The notes beneath the pieces were generated by a model that was given only the letters and a program-made list of their open reading frames with translations, was not told the origin of the DNA and searched no databases. The position numbers and the translations under genes were made by a program. This document shows positions 7,848 to 19,400 of a stretch of 48,611 nucleotides of DNA, piece after piece. Source of the DNA: a virus; the IMG/VR virus record IMGVR_UViG_3300013902_000003, positions 1-48,611 of that record. One strand, 5' to 3'. Each line of letters begins with the position of its first letter. The stretch's first letter is position 1.

Positions 7848-10445
7848 ATGAAAGCACCTACAGCAGATTATTCACCACTCTCACAAGCATTGAACGCAAA
7901 GACTAGCGCTATTCAAGCGTCATACTCCACTAAAGATACAGCTAATTGGAAGAGCCGTTATAAAATCCAAACAGATAGTTTCAAATTACAGAAAAAAGCA
8001 CTAGAAAACCAAGAAAACCAAATCAACATTAATGGTATGACGGCTCTGGCCCAAGGATTAGATACTTTCGTAGAGGATTTGGTAGATTTTGTAAAGACAG
8101 GACAGGACAAGACAACACAAGAAGCAGAAGAGAAAGCAACCAATGCTTCTAACGATATAAACTTAACACTTAGGAATAACCCACAGTTTTCACAATCGTA
8201 TGAGGATAATGGAGTAATTTCTGTAGGCCTTACAGATGAAGGGAAGAGAGCTGTTAACGAGATTGTAGAATCTTATTTTCCTGAAGGGACAAAATACGGA
8301 TGGGGAATGGATGAAAGAATAAAAAAAGTAAAAGAACAGGTTCTTTCATCTGCCAACACATATGCGGGGGAAATAGCTACACAACGCACTCAAGATGAAG
8401 CTAACGCCGCATATAACAACAACATGAAGAATGCTTTACTTAGCGACTTACAATCAGGGGCAACCATTACAGCAAAAATCCCTGACGTATCGGCGGAAGG
8501 TGGATATAGAGAAGTAAAAGTCGGAGCAGGACAGGAAGCTCTTATTTCATCCAGAGAATCTTACATGGGTAAGGCGTGGGCAGATAATCAGAGACAAATT
8601 GCCTCCGCAGACTTAATCAATAAGCGTAGCGATTATCTTATCTCAGACGCTAGTACTAATTTTTCTAATGGTACTTACGTTACAGATTCTAGTAAGAGAG
8701 CAACTTTTGATTCTCTTGTAAAAACACAGGCGGAAGAATATACAGATGAAACACAGAAGCAAGCATTCTTAACTAGTGTTAAATCAGCAGAAACACAGGC
8801 TGTTACTACTTACTTTGATAATCAAGTTAAGACAATTCTTGACCAAGACTTAGATATCTATACTTCTCTTTCTAGTTTATATGATTCTCTAACAGACCCC
8901 AACGGGCAGTATTACTCTATCTTCTTTGATAAGGATGGCAAGCCTAATGCAAATATAGAGCCTTCAACCTATACAACAATTAAATCAAGTGTAAGTACAC
9001 AATTAAGCAAAATTGAAACTCTTAACGGTACAACAAATACACAAGCCGTGCAAAATGCATTCAGTGACCTCAACAACCAGTTCTCCATGGGGCAAATTAA
9101 TTCAACTACATATGGTGCGAAAGCTCAATCGATTATGGTAGGTATCTATGGCGATAATTGGATGTCAAATAGCGAAGCAGTAAATGTTTATAAAAATCAG
9201 ATTATGTCCCAACTTCCTGATGATTTAGCAAGCGATCCTCAAGTTGCCAACGGTATTAGTATTGCATATAACACAGCATTAGGAACGAACAATAAAGCTT
9301 ACAAAGATTTAGACGCAGCCCAAAAGGCTAAAGCCGATGTAATTTCAAAAGATTACATAGACAATGTTACAAATCTTATTCTAAACAACCCTGACCTTCT
9401 TAAAGACCCACTTAAGTTTAATCAGAAACTTACAGAACTCTCTTCTAAGTACACCTCAGAGTGGGCTGATATCGCATTTGGAACTAATAGCAAGGTAACA
9501 GTCGGAGATGCATTAAAGGGCACTGAGTTTGTAAGTAAGACTTTCGATAAGGTAGTCTCTTCTTATTCTACAGAACTTATGGAAGGCATCAACGAAAATG
9601 GGGTTCTTGATAGATCCTCTCTTTCTGAAGGTCTAATGCCTGGCGTTAATGAGGCACTTACAGACGCTATTTCGCAGGTTGCTCAATACGGTATTCAAGC
9701 TAAGGGTATGAATATCCTTGACCCTAAGGACGGAAAGATTCAGTTTGAAATAGATGAAAGTACAGGCAAGCCTAAGTTAGACAAGAAAGGGAATCTCATT
9801 CCTAAGGCTATTATTTGGACAACTGTTGATAGTGAAGGTAAGGTCGATACTATCGCCTATGAATTCTCTCTAGGAAATAAAGATGAAGCATGGGAAACAG
9901 GAACACAGGCAAAGGAAAGGGAAAAACAGGAAAAACTTATCGAAGAAGATAGGCCAAAGACAGAAGTCGAGGCTACAGTAAGAGACTATGTCAACGTAGA
10001 AGAGGATCCAATTCCTAGTGATGATAAAGACAAGGTTGAACGATTCTTGTGGGCAAATGTCGAAACAACGGCTGAATTAGATGAAGCTATTGAAACTCTA
10101 AATAAGCAACACGAGAAAGGTAAGTTTGCAAACGATCTCACGGATTCCAAAGAATATCAAGCATTTATTGATTCTGTAAAGTTTTCAGTAAAGGAGAAGC
10201 GAGGTTGGAATGAAACAACTCAAAAAGTAATTCCAAAAGACGACCATGATTACAGGTCCGACAACACACAAGCAACTCTATTAGAGAATGCAAATACAGT
10301 CGAAGAATTAAATACTCTTGTCGAGAAACTTAACAAGTTCCATGAAGAAGGAAAGTTCGCATCAGACATAACAGACCCTAAACAATATCAGGCATATATT
10401 GATTCACTAGTTTTCGCAGTTAAACAAAAGAAAGGATGGAAGTGA
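7848..10445 (+). CDS. Internal virion protein candidate (gp15 position) with a C-terminal tandem repeat
   Basis: 865 aa. It has two ~50-aa repeats: ...ELDEAIETLNKQHEKGKFANDLTDSKEYQAFIDSVKFSVKEKRGW and ...ELNTLVEKLNKFHEEGKFASDITDPKQYQAYIDSLVFAVKQKKGW. Confidence 0.4.
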   Translation: MKAPTADYSPLSQALNAKTSAIQASYSTKDTANWKSRYKIQTDSFKLQKKALENQENQININGMTALAQGLDTFVEDLVDFVKTGQDKTTQEAEEKATNASNDINLTLRNNPQFSQSYEDNGVISVGLTDEGKRAVNEIVESYFPEGTKYGWGMDERIKKVKEQVLSSANTYAGEIATQRTQDEANAAYNNNMKNALLSDLQSGATITAKIPDVSAEGGYREVKVGAGQEALISSRESYMGKAWADNQRQIASADLINKRSDYLISDASTNFSNGTYVTDSSKRATFDSLVKTQAEEYTDETQKQAFLTSVKSAETQAVTTYFDNQVKTILDQDLDIYTSLSSLYDSLTDPNGQYYSIFFDKDGKPNANIEPSTYTTIKSSVSTQLSKIETLNGTTNTQAVQNAFSDLNNQFSMGQINSTTYGAKAQSIMVGIYGDNWMSNSEAVNVYKNQIMSQLPDDLASDPQVANGISIAYNTALGTNNKAYKDLDAAQKAKADVISKDYIDNVTNLILNNPDLLKDPLKFNQKLTELSSKYTSEWADIAFGTNSKVTVGDALKGTEFVSKTFDKVVSSYSTELMEGINENGVLDRSSLSEGLMPGVNEALTDAISQVAQYGIQAKGMNILDPKDGKIQFEIDESTGKPKLDKKGNLIPKAIIWTTVDSEGKVDTIAYEFSLGNKDEAWETGTQAKEREKQEKLIEEDRPKTEVEATVRDYVNVEEDPIPSDDKDKVERFLWANVETTAELDEAIETLNKQHEKGKFANDLTDSKEYQAFIDSVKFSVKEKRGWNETTQKVIPKDDHDYRSDNTQATLLENANTVEELNTLVEKLNKFHEEGKFASDITDPKQYQAYIDSLVFAVKQKKGWK

Positions 10446-13400
10446 TGGCAAATAATATAAATACACTAGTATCATCAAATAACGGCGTCCAGTCAGGCGC
10501 AACAATTGTAGGAAGAAACAACGATAAAACTATTTCTAATCTCAATAAGGCTTCCTCTATTTATAGTGGGAGCTTTAGACAGAGGACAACACAAGCTTCC
10601 AATGAGTCTCTTAATAGAACTGCCTCTCTTTATAGTGGTTCTAGAAGAAGTATGTATGATGATAACAATAATACTTCAAACTCTTCAGCCGTCACACTTC
10701 CCGAACCTGATGAAAATTTATTCAATGAATTTATGGCTACTGTCGCTCCATACGTAAAGATGAGTGATGAAGAGAAGAACTATTACTATCAAATTTCTTC
10801 TTCTATTTCTGCTAACGGTGGAGACGCCTCAGTGTGGGCACAGGACTTCTTATCGACAAATGCTATTGCTAACGTCCTAGGAGTATCGAGAAGTGAAGTA
10901 AACCAAAATAGAAGTCAAATGCTTAATTATTACTTAGGTATTGAGGATGATAAGCCTTTAGACTTCACAACAGGTGCTACCCTTATTAACTCTATCAATC
11001 AAGGTCTGAGACAACAGGAGGAAGCCGGATTACAAGAAGACTTAATAAACCTCTATAAAAAAGGCTACGATGATAATTCTCCAGAAGTCCAACAGACGGT
11101 GAAGCAAATTCTCCAAAAAGAACAGGAGATGAGCTACTTTGAAGATAGCAATCCTAGAATGTGGACAACAGAGTGGGCGAAGAACTCTCTTTCACAGTTG
11201 GCATATATGGGAGTTGGTACTCTAACAGGAACGCTTGGTGGTGTTGTAGGTGGCCTTATTGGTAATACTGTCTTTGGTCTTGCAGGTGGAGTTAAAGGCT
11301 TTCAAATTGGTAGTGGCCTAGCACGATTCTTAACTTATGATAAGCAGTTCGAAGCATCGGCATTTTGGAATATGAAACAAGCCGGAGTATCTACAGAAAC
11401 GGCCCTTAAGTATAGCAATATAGACGGATTCATTAATGGCTTAAATGAAGCATTCCTAGACGTAGGCTATAGTCAAGTCATGGGAGGAGTCGGAAAGCTT
11501 GCAGGTGTAGCAGACTTAGGAGGAAAGATAGTTCCTACAATTGTTTCTAGAGTTGCTAAAGATGGAACACTTGCAGGGTGGTTAGGACGCTTATTGCTCT
11601 ATATGGGATTAGACGCAACAGGAGAGTTTGTACAGGAAAGTACACAGTCTCTTACTTCTAGCGCATTACAAGCTATAGCAGAAGCGACAGACGGCATGAA
11701 TTATTCTTCCTCAGTAAAAGAAGCTCTTTCATCAGCATGGGAAGAAGGTATTCAAGGTTTTGCAACAGGCTTATTCTTCTCGGGTTTTGGTTCTGGCATT
11801 AACGTTCTAGACATTAAAAAGACTTCTAAACTTAAGAATAACTCCCTTCATTCGTATTCACAGGAAGCCTATGTAAATAATCAAGAGAATAGAAACCTAG
11901 TCAAATCTCTTAAACTAGGAGGCTCTGAACTCTCAGAAGATAACGTCACAAATCTCTTAAAGAAGCTCTATGATTCAACTCAGAAGGTTAGAGATGATAT
12001 TAAGAATGGTATTCGTAAAGATTTATTTGAACAACTCAAAACTATAGACGGTTCTCTTAATGAAAATGTTCTTGATGGAGTAGATATCACAACAAATGAA
12101 ATCAAAGACGTGGACGGTAACGTTATCTCAGGAAAGAAGACCGAGGTAAAGAGAAAGAGCGATGGTTCTACATACTTTGTTGTTGATAAAGAAGAAGACG
12201 GAACAGAAGACGGCAAAGAACACTACACAATGCGAATTGCTAACCCTAATGTTGTAGGCTCAAGTAGACTAGGGGAGATATATGTAGACGCTAAGACTGC
12301 TGAATACAACAATGAGTTACTTAACGCCGTTAAGACATCTCCTAAAGCTCTCTCTATGGAGCAAGCCGGTGCAATCTCTTTCACATTAGACGGGGAGACT
12401 AAGACTCTTACTATTGAGAGTGTAAACGTACAGGATGATAACGCATCTCTCAAAGAACAGGCTATCAGAGACCTCATGAGTATGTACTCTGATTATTCTA
12501 TTGAGTGGAACAACAGAAGTCAGTCAGATAACGCTGTATTCTCTTCTATTGAAAGCTCTAATCCACGTAACACAAGTACAAATACATACGGTCTTAACTA
12601 TTCAGATAACTCTAAGACTACAGAAGAACAGAACGATAGAGCATATGTTCGTAGATGGCTAGGTTCTTCTTTCTCTGAAAATGCTAGTGAAAATGATTTT
12701 ATGGCAACAATCCTACAAGGGGCTGCCAAAGCTAGAGGTCTTAGTGGTCAAGAGTTTATAGAAAAGTACTTCACTGAAATCAGAGAGAGTGAGAACAAAG
12801 ACGCTAACGTAAAAGGCTATACAAAAACAAGCAGAGACGAACTCTCTAAGCAAGTCAAAGCAACAATCTATGCGGGAAAGAGTGCAGACCCAACAACATT
12901 TTTGCACGAGCTTAACCATGCAATTATTCTCATGGGAGACAATAGAAAAGAGTTTACCTCAATCTTTAATAAGGTTAAGGGAACTAAACAGTTCATGTCT
13001 TTCGTTAAAAAGAATATGGATATCTTAAGGTACGTTGTTGGAAAGACTGATGATAAGGGCGTATATGTTTTAGAGAATGGCAACTATGTTCTTGATGAAG
13101 CAAAATTACAATCTCTCTTCCAAGACGTTAACAATTGGACAAGAGATGACTTTGAGTTTGAAGCAAGGCTCTATGAAGCTTATATGCGTAGTGGACAGAC
13201 ATTAAACCCAACGCTTACAGGATTCTTTAGAAGAGTTGCTGAAACATTTAGACGTATTTATACAGCTCTTAGGAATGGTATCAGTTCTTCTAATCTCAAT
13301 GATGAAATAGTAGCTTACTTTGATAAGCTCTATGGTTACGATTCTTCAACAGGTACTACATCTGTATTAAATGATAGTGGAGAGTTGCATGATATCGGAG

Positions 13401-16400
13401 AGTTGAGACAAGAGAAAGATAGTAGAGATGAACTTACATTTGATGAAGAAGGTTTATTGAGATATCAAAGTGTAAGAAATTATTTATACAAAAAATTTGG
13501 TCTTCAGAAAAATGGAAATACAGAATTTCTTATTCACAACAAAGACCAAAACACTAACTACAGATTATCTAAAACAAGTTTAAATAAAATGCTTAGTAAG
13601 AAAGCAACAGATAAATCATACATAAATGGCTTCTCTACTTCAGAACATAACGAAGCTGTCTCAAACGTAAAAGAATTATTCGAAAATGCTATCTTAAAAA
13701 CAAGAGAAAGCGACAAAAAGAACAGTCCTGACATGAAGGACATTGAAAGATTTGAGGTCGATTTTTCTTATAATGGAGAAGAAAACAGACTTTATACTGC
13801 ATTATTTACTGCTAAAAGATATGCAGACTCTAGAGTTTCAAATGGACTTTACTCAATTGAGTTGGTGGGAATAAAAATAGCCCCATCAACCGGGGTGGAG
13901 AATTCAACAGTTGTTAAACTCAACCACATCAGGGGCTTTGACGAAGCAAACAATAACGTAAGCTTCAATGATAATATCGCACCTGATAGCAAATCTGTCA
14001 AGGGCGACGCCCTCACTCAAACTCAAGATGATATCTCAAATTTATCTGCTATCGAACAATTTGACGCAATAAAGAAACAATATTACGGCACAGATAAGTA
14101 CATGATTACCCCAAACGGCAAGGCAACAAACCTTACTGAGGAACAGTGGATACAGGTCAGAACTCCAAACTTTATCAGGTGGTTTGGTGATTGGATTAAT
14201 GACCCTGATAATGCAAGCAAAGTTGTTGATGAGAACGGGGAACCGAAATCTGTCAAACACGGTACGCCTAACAAGGACTTTGAATCTTTTGATTTGTCAA
14301 AAACAGGAAGTAATACAGATGCAGGTTGGTTAGGAAAAGGCTTCTATTTTTATGGTAATGCTGATGCCTATGCAAGCCAGTATGCAGGAAAAGACGGGAG
14401 AGTAATTGAGGCATTTCTTAACATTAGAGACCCTTACTATATAAGTGAATCAGAGAGAAGAAACCTTATAGAAAGTGACAGTCTTGAAGCGAGTGAAGAA
14501 TTTAGAGACGAACTAATTGATGAGGGTTATGACGGTGTTTTTTATAATGGCGACCTTGATGAAGAATGGACTACATTTAACCCTAACCAAATCAAATCAG
14601 CCACTGAGAACAATGGAGAGTTTAGTACTGAAAGCGACTCAATATTAAAGCAAACAGATGACCAACCTCAAAAAAGTTTAATAGGAGATTATTTTGTAAT
14701 AAGAACGCCAAAAGAGGAAGTTTCTTCTCTTTTAGAAAATGCAAGTAAAGATTCTTATATTCTTAACGGTGGAGAGCCATTTAGTCGAGAAAATTGGGAT
14801 AAGACCTTTAAAGATTTTAGTGCAGATACTACTATCGGAAAGGTATTCTTAGGACAACATCAGTATGAAAAATTAATCAATAAAGGAAGAACTCTTGATT
14901 GGACTTTAATAAAACCAACATTAGAAAACCCATCCGTGATTTTGGCTGAAACTGATGAAAATGGAAATGAGAATGGATGTTACGAATTCATAAAATCATT
15001 TAAAGAAAATGGTGAAACAAAATGGTTCTATTCAGTTATTGTAACAAAAAAGGACGCAGGACTTTTCTCTATCTCAAATAGAAGAACGCATAGAAAACAG
15101 ATTGAAAATAAGATGGTAAAATACCTGAGAGCTATAACTGCCTCCGAAATCTCGGAAGAACGTAGGAATAGTGTGCAGGAACACCCTCAGTCTACTGCCG
15201 TTCTCAATTATAATAATAATTTAGAACCTAGAATTGTCAAGGGTCTTGCTCGAACTCAAGTTTCAGAGAGTGCTAGCAATCAAGAAGAAACAACATTATT
15301 CCAAACAAGTACTCCATCAACCTTTGATAGTGAGATTGACAATTTAACATCAAATGATATAGGAAAGCCAAACGATACTATTGTATTTGCTACAAATACT
15401 CCGAAGGTTTTTACAGAATTAGGACTTCCTGACCTTTCTGTAGAAATGTATAAGGATAAATTAGCAAGGGGGTTATTTGATTCTCCAAATAAAAATCATG
15501 GACATAATGACACAATATCTCAAGATATAGTTAAAGAGATAAATAGAAAGTTTGCAGACCCTATAATGATTTTTGATTCAACAACTAAAGGTTCGATTGT
15601 TGCAGTTTATGATATTCCTCCGCAGCTTGTAAAAAAGAAATCGATAAATTTGATTATGGCAAGCATCGCAGAGAATACACAAAAACCAAATTCACTTATA
15701 GTCAACCTTATTACAAGTATGTATGGTAAGGACTCTGATTTTAGTTATATCAATTGGATTCAAAAAGGTCTTCTTAGATATATTGATGATAAAAAAGTAG
15801 GAGGACTAACTGTTAGGCTCCAATTGCCATCAGCTTTTCCTCCTACGAATAGTAACATACTCACAAAAACGGCTCTTGTCAACAAATATGGTAGTAGTGC
15901 TTTATTTCAAGTTGAAAAAAACACCCAATCCGACCTCAGCGACAAGCTTATGCAACTTGCTTATCACGGTTCACCTAACGAGATTATCGGAGAGCTTTCT
16001 ACTAAGTACATGGGGTCAGGAGAAGGAGTACAGATTCACGGATGGGGATTGTACTTTGCACAAGACGAGAATATTTCAAAAGAGAGATATATATCGAGAT
16101 TAGCAGAACTCAAGGATGAGGATATTCTTTCATTTGATGGAAAAGAAATAACAATTTCAGACTATGTTAATACCTTTCCTCTTATGGAAATGGCGTCGTC
16201 TTGGTATGAATGGAAAAAAGAATTATACAATTCTCTAATAGATAATGTAAAAAGAAATGATATAATCGAAAGAGAAACAAACGCCATAAAAAACGAGATA
16301 AAAGGATACGAGAAACAAATACATCTTCTCAGAACAATATTAGATAATCCTTCGGACGATGAAGCTAGAAAAGAATTAGACGATATTCCTACGGGTGAAG

Positions 16401-19400
16401 ACGCAAGAAGAACAATTATAGATAACGAAAATTGGATAACGATATATAATCAAAGTTTAAATCTCTTATCTCAAATTCAAAAAAATCCTGAAAAACTAAG
16501 TTTGTCTAATCCCACAAGGCCCTCTCTGTTTATCAATGGTGAAGAAATTAAGCCTTCCACTGATAGTGCAATAGCGGAACTATACGGAACAATAATTGAT
16601 TATTCTCTTGAAAATAACCTTATAAAAAAACCTGAAGGAGAAGTCTCATTTTCTTCAGGACTTAATCGCAAGTTAGAAGACAAATACTATCAAGAATACT
16701 TTAAGACGCTTTTTGACGAAGGAAAACTTATTCCAATGATTGAAGGGATGTCTAACTCTCCAATAAGTGATAGCTTTAACATAGAAGATGTTCTTGACGT
16801 AGCTAAGAGTATTAACAGCGTTGAAGTTTACGCCCCCACATATGGCTCTCTCTTAACTGTCGATATTCCTGAAAATGAAGTTCTTCTTGATGAAGAGAAG
16901 AGATTCTCTAATCAATCTGAATTTGTTCAAAAAGCAATTAAGAGACTTTTTGCTAACGAGTTTGGAATGGACTTTAACGAGAATTGGAGAGGTGAAGGAA
17001 TATATAGTGCGATACAACAACAAATTGCTAAAAAGCTCCAATCCCCTGAAGATTTACCTAAGCAAGCATCCTTAATGCTAGCTAAGTACGGAGTCGAAGG
17101 AATTACATATGTCGGTGAGACAGACGGTCGTTGTTTCGTCATTTTTACAGATGAAGCTATTAAGAAGGTCGATTCTAGACTCTATCAGATAGGCGACTCC
17201 GAATGGACAGAGACTGCTAAGCGTATCGCTTATGAAGCATCAAGCCTTGAAGACTTCTTCAAAAAGTATAGGGAACAAGTTGAAGACGGAAACATAGAGC
17301 TAGACGACGCCAACGTTTCACAACTCTTAACAAGTATCTATGATGAAGCCGAATCAGAAGCATATGATCCGACTATAGAAGGATACTTTGACGAAGAAGA
17401 GAGTAGCTCTATTGTTGATGAAGATTGGTCAGTTGAAGAAGTTGAGAGCCCTACAGAAGAAGAGAGTATGGCATCGCCTTCAACAACTACTTCTATGTCA
17501 GATGAAGTTCCTGATTGGTTCGACCTTACAGAAGAAGAAATAGCATCTTTAAATAAGGACGCCGAGACAACAGAAAAAAATACACAAGAATTAGAAAAGA
17601 ATATCTCAGATATTCAGAAAGTCGTTGTAGACGCAGACCTACCTAAAGGCTTATCTCTAGACCATTCTAGAAGCCTTGATACTTCTTCTCACGCAAGAGC
17701 TATCGAATTTGCTAACATTCTCAAAGGTAGTAAGGAAGCCACAATCGAGTTTTTAAAGGCCCTTAGAGAAGTTAATAATGAGTTCTTCTATAATAATGGA
17801 GCTGAATATAACGAGGCCGTAAACGAAGAGAGTTATCAAGCAAAGACTATAAGAGAGTCGGCATTTAATAACTTCAAGAATATGAGTAAGTTCATTCAGA
17901 ACCTAGTCTATGAGAGTAGAGGAAGTCAGTACCGTAATCTAGATAAGATTACAGATAGAGCATGGAAAATTGTAGCCGGTCAAGTCAGTGCTAATCCTGA
18001 TGTTTATATGGACCTTTATTCTAGAGCATCTGGTAATACATCTTGGTCAGGAGAGAACTCTATCGAAGCAAGAGTCTTATCTGAAATTGGTTTAACAGAA
18101 AGAGATTGGAATAATCTCTCATACTCTAAGAGAAAAGAATACATCCAATACATTGAAGACAAAGACATAAGAAAGAAAATCCTTACAGGAGACGTTAAAG
18201 ACATTGATTTAAGAGGATATATCGAACGCACAGAAAAGAGGGCAGAGGCGGCACTTAGTGAAGCAAAAGCACTTGAAGAGAGTCAGAAGTACATCATAGA
18301 CGAGAATAAGAAGACTATTCTCAAACTAGGTAATGAATCTCAAAACTATCAGAAACAACTATTAGAGATAGAGAAAGAGAAGAACGAAATACAAGAAAAG
18401 TTAGAACGCAATGTTAAGAGCATGGAGAATAAGCTTAAGTCATCTAATATGGATACATCTAACACTCTTGTACATGCCGATTTACTCAAGAAAATGACTG
18501 AGCTTAATAGAAGAGAAGCACAGTATCAGAAAGCTCTCAAAATGTGGCAGAAAGGTTCAAGCACAGTTACACAAGAAGATTTAACTAGAATCAAGGGATT
18601 AATCGAAGACGCTAGAGCCAAAATTGAAGAGCTACAGAAAGCCGAAGAGATTACACCAGAAGAAGCTATCAAGAGATTACAGAGTCTTTATAACGCATGG
18701 AAAGACGCTAAGACTAAAGAGACTATCGATAAGCTAAAAGATAAGTACAATGTCAGATTATCAAACCTCAGACAGACTAAAAACGAAGCTATCGTTGAGA
18801 CAAGAAAACGCTACATGGAAATCATGAAAGAGCGAGAGACTCTTAGACGTATTAGAAGTGAGAAAGAGAGACTTATTAAGCAAATCATGAAAGCACCTAG
18901 TGCGAATATTGCAAGAGAAGAAGCAAGACAGATTAAAGCATTGCAACTCTTAATTGACCCTGCATTTAGAAGAGGTACTATAAAAGCCCTTGACGGTAAG
19001 GTTTATACAGTGGCAGAACTCAAAGCTATGCTTACAAAAAATAGTGATGATCCAGTTATTCAGACTTTAACAGAAAGACAGATAGAGCGCCTTACTAAGA
19101 CTTCTCTTGACGAGATGACTCTAAGCGAAGTTGAAGACACATATCGCTATATAAAGCACCTTAGAGAGGAAGGACTCAATAAGAGAAGAAGTGAAATTAT
19201 TCAAAGGAAGGCAGAGACTCAGATTATCTATAATGAGTTAACTAACGCTCTCATGGAAAGTAAGAACTTTGCTGACTATGGTTTTGAAGGTACAGAAGAT
19301 AAGAAGAACAGACTCAATACTAAGTCAGGTAAAGTAAGGAATGCATGGTATCAGACTCTCAATATGGCAAGAAAGGCTCAAATTCTTGATAACAATGAGA

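Noticed and set aside
11980-18946. About a dozen 60-85-aa ORFs lying within the giant gene (for example 11980-12216, 12223-12477, 14042-14274, 16853-17142, 18016-18231, 18761-18946 on the minus strand). The alternate-frame + ORFs at 10566-10757, 15876-16103 and 16875-17075 belong to the same group.
   Set aside because: They have no SD sites and low-complexity Ser/Leu/Phe composition typical of antisense reading of A/G-rich codons. All are nested in one uninterrupted 10.9-kb ORF.
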